Shown in pieces: positions 26,536 to 30,979 of a stretch of 30,979 nt of DNA (the stretch's first letter is position 1; the number at the start of each line of letters is the position of its first letter). The position numbers and the translations under genes were made by a program. The DNA comes from a virus (lineage: Duplodnaviria > Caudoviricetes): the IMG/VR virus record IMGVR_UViG_3300037424_000154, positions 1 to 30,979 of that record; one strand, given 5' to 3'. Under the pieces are notes generated by a model that saw only the letters and a program-made list of their open reading frames with translations, ran no database searches and was not told the origin of the DNA.

Positions 26536-26906
26536 TTTGCGCGGGTCACCGTGACAGTGACAGGCGCTTGTGGCGGCCTATCTGACCCACCATCCCACCC
26601 GTGCATCCGGTTAAGCTCTCTGACAGCGCCTATGCGGTCTCCTGGCTTCGCCTCCTCATCCCCTATTGCAATATCGGCCAGCACCCTGACTGACTGCTCG
26701 CGGCTCCAGAGGGCCGCTTTTGCCAGTTGTTGGCGCAATTCTTGCACCCTTACCGAAACCTTACCGTGAGAAAGAAGTTCTGACGCCTTAACGTGAACGA
26801 CGCCAGGCTTTGCCTTTGAGCCGTATACCTGCCGGTACGCATCGCTTGCGTTACCTGTCTCCAGATATAATTGGCAGAATTGTTCCTGCTTAGGCGTCAG
26901 ACTCAT
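26532..26906 (-). CDS. terS: Terminase small subunit
   Basis: LTPKQEQFCQLYLETGNASDAYR motif, coupled to terL. Confidence 0.93.
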   Translation of the reverse strand: MSLTPKQEQFCQLYLETGNASDAYRQVYGSKAKPGVVHVKASELLSHGKVSVRVQELRQQLAKAALWSREQSVRVLADIAIGDEEAKPGDRIGAVRELNRMHGWDGGSDRPPQAPVTVTVTRAK

Positions 26907-26955
26907 TCCGCCAGTCTATTTGCTGGGCGATGGATTTGCAACCAGCCCGCCCGCC

Positions 26956-27030
26956 CTAATCTGCCACAGCGACCCGGCGCGCCAGTTCGGCCTGTGTCCA
27001 TCGTAGTTCCTTGAGTGCTGAATCCCTCAA
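26956..27030 (-). pseudogene. HTH regulator remnant
   Basis: TTGA-coupled 24-aa ORF with ALKELRWTQAELARRV, ending before the recognition helix. Confidence 0.5.
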
Positions 27031-27275
27031 CCCCTCAAATAGTCCTGCATGTCTTGCGCCGTATCCCGCAGATAGCAGGCAAACATGTGCGCATCGCTGT
27101 TGTAGGGCGCAGTCATGGCCGCCCCGTGATACGTCAGCTCGGCCCGCTCCCAGTCGTAGAGCGTCGGCGGGCGTAACTCGCCGCCGCTATGGGTTGCGGT
27201 ATCAAGCTGCTGCCGCATCGGGAAGAGGATGTTCAGTCCGGCCATAAACGCATCGTCTATGTTGAGCTGTTGCAT
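27027..27275 (-). CDS. Hypothetical protein (MQQLNIDD...)
   Basis: GAGG RBS; overlaps the upstream gene. Confidence 0.6.
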   Translation of the reverse strand: MQQLNIDDAFMAGLNILFPMRQQLDTATHSGGELRPPTLYDWERAELTYHGAAMTAPYNSDAHMFACYLRDTAQDMQDYLRG

Positions 27276-27493
27276 GGTTTCGCCTCTCGTGCGTTCCAAA
27301 ATTTCATCGCCGCTTCCCGCGTATCGAACATGCGGGTAGTGACCCCACAGAAACAGCAATGGATCTCGTAGACCCTCTCGATGCGTTTCTGCTGGCGATC
27401 TATTGATCTATCGCGCAATCCAGTCGGGCATCGATGTCCGGCGACATCAAAACCACCGCATGAGCTGCACTGTCTCGGCAATCCGGCCATCAT
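27257..27493 (-). CDS. Cys-rich protein with Lar-like C-terminus
   Basis: CSSCGG...CCFCG.TTRMFDTREAAMKFWNAR. Confidence 0.55.
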   Translation of the reverse strand: MMAGLPRQCSSCGGFDVAGHRCPTGLRDRSIDRQQKRIERVYEIHCCFCGVTTRMFDTREAAMKFWNAREAKPCNSST

Positions 27494-27702
27494 CTCGCCC
27501 TTTTCGCCAAATCCCACATGCCAGACTCAACCTCGGCCACCTCGCCAGCATCCCGCAGATACGCCAGCCCAAAAAATGTACGCTCCCGCGTGTATCTGGC
27601 CCGCGCCGCGATATGCGCAATAGCCAGAGGTCCGCCGGCTGATTCCAGCGCTATGCGGATGCGACCCATCAGGAGGTTGTCGCCTGGGTTATGTGCTGCC
27701 AT
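27490..27702 (-). CDS. Small winged-helix protein, paralogue A
   Basis: 70 aa; similar to 28600-28812. Confidence 0.7.
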   Translation of the reverse strand: MAAHNPGDNLLMGRIRIALESAGGPLAIAHIAARARYTRERTFFGLAYLRDAGEVAEVESGMWDLAKRAR

Positions 27703-28249
27703 TTTCCAGTTCCTTCGCCTTTTTCATGTACTCGGCCCTGATTCGTTTGGCGTCCTCAATCGTCCACCGCACGATCCGGTTATCGTTTTCTAGTGCCTCG
27801 ACTGCCTCTTGCCCGATTCGTCGGACTAGGTTTACCCGGTACTCAACCACGTTTCCTGACAAATGCGAGTTACAGGGCATGCACTGTTTTGCACAGTTGG
27901 CCTCGTTGTAGCGGAGCTGCGGCGCGGCTTTCACGGAGCGGTAATGGCCCGCATGGTACTGCCCCTGGTGATGCCTACCGCACGATATACACGGCAGACT
28001 GGCATCTCTGAGCCTGATGTACCGGTTAAACGCCGCCTGCGCCTCCCTGAGCCAGTCGGCGCGGCTTTTGATGCGCTCCCTCGCCTCCCGTGTCGATTTC
28101 CGGCGCTGCTTGGCCTGCTGCGCCTTTGCCGTCGCCAGACCATGCGCTGCCATGCACTCCACTCCGCAGAATCCTGCGCGCTGGTAGCCGTCGCTTGCGG
28201 CCAGTTTCGGCAGCTCCTTGCGACATGGTTTGTGGCGGCATTTGCGCAT
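27689..28249 (-). CDS. ninG: NinG/Rap recombination endonuclease
   Basis: AQAAFNRYIRLRD, CISCG, YHAGHYRS, QCMPCNSHLSGN. Confidence 0.95.
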   Translation of the reverse strand: MRKCRHKPCRKELPKLAASDGYQRAGFCGVECMAAHGLATAKAQQAKQRRKSTREARERIKSRADWLREAQAAFNRYIRLRDASLPCISCGRHHQGQYHAGHYRSVKAAPQLRYNEANCAKQCMPCNSHLSGNVVEYRVNLVRRIGQEAVEALENDNRIVRWTIEDAKRIRAEYMKKAKELENGST

Positions 28250-28489
28250 CTATCGCGCGCCCGCCTCAATCTGCGCCGCCGTCGCCCGCCCGCCGCCCGG
28301 CGTCACATACAGCGCCTGGCCGGCCTCGTTGAACTCATAGCCGATGCGCCTCGGCGCGAAATTCTCCCACTTGAACTTCATTGCCGCCGGATAGCTCACG
28401 CCATCCACGACCAGGCAGCGGCCGAAACCAGTTTCGTCAGTGCTCATCTTGTTGCCCTCGATTTTTACGCTCCGCCTCTCTCCGCTCAT
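28250..28489 (-). CDS. Hypothetical protein
   Basis: Operon fit; start may be ATG 28447. Confidence 0.55.
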   Translation of the reverse strand: MSGERRSVKIEGNKMSTDETGFGRCLVVDGVSYPAAMKFKWENFAPRRIGYEFNEAGQALYVTPGGGRATAAQIEAGAR

Positions 28490-28634
28490 CCTCGGCCCTG
28501 TATCGCTCCGACGATGCGCGCCCTTTGTCCGTGCATACCGGCATGTGGCGCCATGGACTGGCCCGTTTTGCTGCGAGGCCGGCTTTGCGCTTTATCGGAT
28601 CAACTGCCATTTGCGCGCACCCACAGGCCATCAT
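28437..28634 (-). CDS. Hypothetical basic protein
   Basis: Operon fit; start probably MAVDPIKR. Confidence 0.45.
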   Translation of the reverse strand: MMACGCAQMAVDPIKRKAGLAAKRASPWRHMPVCTDKGRASSERYRAEDERREAERKNRGQQDEH

Positions 28635-28812
28635 CCGTTTCCAGCGCCTGCCCGAGCTCGGACAGATGCCGCAGCGCTCTGATAACTCTGTCGCCGCCTG
28701 TCGCCACTTTCACTCGTGCGGCTATCTGTTCAATTGTCAGCGGGATGGGCGCAGATTCGAGAACGATCCGCGTGCGCCCGATGATTAGATTGTCGCCGCA
28801 TTTTTTGTTCAT
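28600..28812 (-). CDS. Small winged-helix protein, paralogue B
   Basis: 70 aa; ATGA overlap with ninB. Confidence 0.7.
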   Translation of the reverse strand: MNKKCGDNLIIGRTRIVLESAPIPLTIEQIAARVKVATGGDRVIRALRHLSELGQALETDDGLWVRANGS

Positions 28813-29225
28813 GCACCAATCTCCGATCTATCCGTCCTGAATTTTACGCCATGCTCCGCGCCGAATGCGTAGATTAACTCAATCAGCATGGAAAACGTTT
28901 GTTTGTCCATCGTGCGTGTACTGGCGCCGATAATCACGAATCCGCCGTCTATCCCTGGGACTGCACGCTGTTTGCGCAACGAGGCCGTGAGCAGTTCCTT
29001 CCAATCCTCCTTGCTCAATTTCATGCCGTGCCATTCAACCTGCCTGGCAATATCATCGAGTATCGGCCACATCAAACTATTCTGATCTTGAGTCCTGCGC
29101 GGCCTGCCAATCGACACACGCACCGGCCCGGCTTCCAACCCTTTACGAACCAGCGCATCAAGCCAGCGTTGCGCGAACACGATATCCTGCTCGGTGTTGA
29201 TGATGCGCTGTAGTTCGTGTTTCAT
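28809..29225 (-). CDS. ninB: NinB/Orf recombination mediator
   Basis: RTQDQNSLMW, QVEWHG, EDWK, VPGIDGGFV, STRTM, LIELIYAFGA. Confidence 0.95.
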   Translation of the reverse strand: MKHELQRIINTEQDIVFAQRWLDALVRKGLEAGPVRVSIGRPRRTQDQNSLMWPILDDIARQVEWHGMKLSKEDWKELLTASLRKQRAVPGIDGGFVIIGASTRTMDKQTFSMLIELIYAFGAEHGVKFRTDRSEIGA

Positions 29226-29461
29226 TTTTTCATCGCCCGGTGCTGCCGCAAAATTTCAGCCTCCAGTTTATCGTCCGCACCATTGCCGTGCCGCCGCCGA
29301 ATTTTCGCCAAAACCTCTTTCCTCTGTTCTTTCGTCGGCATGGCCAGGACATACGCCGCCAGGTGCCGCATTTTCTCGGCGGCGTCCGCAGCAAGTTTTG
29401 CGCTCCACTCCGGCCAGGGGCTTGACTCCGGGTTGCTGATGTAGTGGCGCGGTCGTGTCAT
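29222..29461 (-). CDS. Hypothetical phage protein
   Basis: 79 aa, coupled to ninB. Confidence 0.7.
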   Translation of the reverse strand: MTRPRHYISNPESSPWPEWSAKLAADAAEKMRHLAAYVLAMPTKEQRKEVLAKIRRRHGNGADDKLEAEILRQHRAMKK

Positions 29462-29865
29462 TCATTGCTTCATAAATGCTATCCAATGTGTTTTTTGCTG
29501 CTTTCCGCTTCGGTGCCCGAAAAGAGGCTTTTCCGGAGTCAGTGCGAGTATATGTGATACCGGGATCTCGTCCTCGCACCACTTGAAGATCAGCACCCCT
29601 TCGTGGCGCAGTACGCGGAAGCATTCTGCAATCCCCTTGCGCAGTTCCTCTCGCCATTCGCCTTTCAGTGTCCCGTACTTCAGACCAACCCATCCGGTCG
29701 CGCCGTTGCGCTCAAAGTGTGGTGGGTCAAATACCACCAGCGCAAAGGTATTGCTGTGGAAAGGTAGATCCGTAAAGTTAGCCTGGTGATCGGGGTCAAT
29801 CACCAGCTCCCGCGAGCCGCCCTTGCTCGAAACATCTGGAAGGGTATGCCTCTCCCTGCGCTTGC
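29462..29865 (-). pseudogene. C-terminal part of a SAM-dependent DNA methyltransferase
   Basis: FTDLPF, LVVFDPPH, ECFRVL...GVLIFKW, THWIAFMK; no recognisable SAM-binding N-terminus in frame. Confidence 0.7.
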
Positions 29866-30009
29866 GCCCGTTCCTGCCGCCGGCTCTCCCCATGCCATGC
29901 CACGCACCATCTCGTGATTGATGCATGCGGCCAACGACCGGATCGACCTGCGCGGAGTCGGGTAAAAATCGTTCTCTGCGCGAACTGCTCCGCGATTTGT
30001 GGCGCTCAT
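29866..30009 (-). pseudogene. N-terminal part of a different methyltransferase
   Basis: GGAGG RBS, MSATNRG...DFYPTP...EPAAGTG, after which similarity ends (ORF stops at 29800). Confidence 0.7.
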
Positions 30010-30053
30010 TGTTCCGCCTCCAGTCCATCAACAACCGAAACATCAACGCCAGT

Positions 30054-30415
30054 CATCGTTAAAGTCCCCATGATTCGTGCACCGGTACGCAGAAAATCTC
30101 CGACCCTTCCGGGATATCAACATCCGCAATCTGCCGGAGATCTGCCGTCGTTGTGTTTTCCAGCATCCCAGCAAATCCGACTGATTCCCATTTGAACACA
30201 TGCAAGGCGCGGGACAACTTGATGCGGCCATTCTCCCGCACAACATCACCAGCAAATATCCAGCCACGATCTACTACGATCACGGCGCGATTGCCAACAA
30301 CCTTGATTGTGTTCGATGCCATTTTTTTGCCCTCTCGTTAATTTCTGAGCCCAGACAATACCGACTCAGCGCCAGCCAATCCAATCAATTGTTTCTATCC
30401 CAGTCGCGGAACGCT
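30054..30415. repeat. 362-bp direct repeat, complete copy
   Basis: 30054-30177 = 30856-30979 and 30315-30415 = 1-101. Confidence 0.9.
30059..30322 (-). CDS. Conserved small phage protein (DUF6948-like)
   Basis: VIVVDRGWIFAG...GFAG; GAGAGGG RBS; family recalled as a frequent neighbour of (Gly-X)n genes. Confidence 0.7.
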   Translation of the reverse strand: MASNTIKVVGNRAVIVVDRGWIFAGDVVRENGRIKLSRALHVFKWESVGFAGMLENTTTADLRQIADVDIPEGSEIFCVPVHESWGL

Positions 30416-30417
30416 TA

Positions 30418-30537
30418 TCACCAGAACGCGCTCCGCGCGTTCGAGAATTCGTCAGCCTCACGCAACAATTCGCGCCCGCGCTCGATCATGCCGCGGATGT
30501 AAAGCGCGTCCTCCTCGGTCAGCTTGGCCCATGGTAA
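30418..30537 (-). pseudogene. Internal fragment of a small phage DNA-binding protein
   Basis: LPWAKLTEEDALYIR...ELLREADEFSNA with no upstream start codon, cut near the repeat edge. Confidence 0.55.
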
Positions 30538-30858
30538 TTACGGCAGCCTGCGCCGCGATCTTGCTCGAACCGTTCCGTTGCCGTTGCCGTAGCCGTAGCC
30601 GTCGCCGTTGCCGTCGCCGCCGCCGTTGCCGTTGCCGTTGCCGTTGCCGTAGCCGTTGCCGTTGCCGTTGCCGTAGCCGTTGCCGTAGCCGTAGCCGTAG
30701 CCGTCGCCGTTGCCGTTGCCGTAGCCGTCGCCGTTGCCGTTGCCGTTGCCGTAGCCGTCGCCGTTGCCGTAGCCGTAGCCGTCGCCGTCGCCGTAGCCGT
30801 CGCCGTTGCCGTAGCCGTAGCCGTTGCCGTAGCCGTAGCCGTCGCCTACCGGATGCAT
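30538..30858 (-). CDS. (Gly-X)n repeat protein, X = Tyr/Asn/Asp
   Basis: MHPV-(GD/GY/GN)n-TVRARSRRRLP; ATG 2 nt after the stop of the duplicated upstream gene. Confidence 0.7.
   Translation of the reverse strand: MHPVGDGYGYGNGYGYGNGDGYGDGDGYGYGNGDGYGNGNGNGDGYGNGNGDGYGYGYGNGYGNGNGNGYGNGNGNGNGGGDGNGDGYGYGNGNGTVRARSRRRLP
30574..30846 (-). repeat. Hexamer tandem repeat GGC-NAC
   Basis: About 45 units of GGCTAC/GGCAAC/GGCGAC, one GGCGGC. Confidence 0.95.
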
Positions 30859-30979
30859 CGTTAAAGTCCCCATGATTCGTGCACCGGTACGCAGAAAATC
30901 TCCGACCCTTCCGGGATATCAACATCCGCAATCTGCCGGAGATCTGCCGTCGTTGTGTTTTCCAGCATCCCAGCAAATC
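30856..30979. repeat. Partial copy of the 362-bp repeat, with the 3' end of a second DUF6948-like gene
   Basis: Identical to 30054-30177. Confidence 0.95.

Noticed and set aside
27863-28840. 325-aa plus-strand ORF
   Set aside because: Antisense shadow of ninG and neighbours, with no protein-like motifs
26900-30500. Further attC sites in the nin region
   Set aside because: None found by eye; a covariance-model scan is needed to exclude degenerate ones
30458-30976. Arg-rich and Cys/Arg-rich ORFs over the hexamer repeat
   Set aside because: Alternative frames of the GGC-NAC repeat; the Gly-X frame has the coupled start

Overview
A nearly complete ~31-kb tailed dsDNA phage genome (siphovirus-type, lambdoid layout; the spanin pair indicates a Gram-negative, probably proteobacterial, host). 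The two window ends fall inside a second copy of a 362-bp repeat, suggesting a circular molecule of about 31.1 kb with ~137 bp missing. The minus strand carries a cro-like gene, an O-like initiator with iterons, a P-like loader, a nin region (ninB, ninG, MTase remnants), terS/terL, portal, head, tail and lysis genes. The plus strand carries an early operon with a Sak4-like ATPase, an SSB-like protein and Gp157. No integrase, CI-type repressor or Q-type antiterminator was recognised. The main finding is two 59-bp integron attC sites (5861-5919 and 6236-6294) bracketing an 80-aa gene as a complete-looking gene cassette, with the gene inverted relative to the attC sites and no IntI in the genome. 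Other highlights are a c4-type antisense RNA with its target sites upstream of the replication gene, a CI-less switch of two divergent promoters with twin operators, a structured attenuator-like leader on the capsid gene, and many truncated or chimeric gene scars. All family assignments come from motif recognition and synteny, not database searches.
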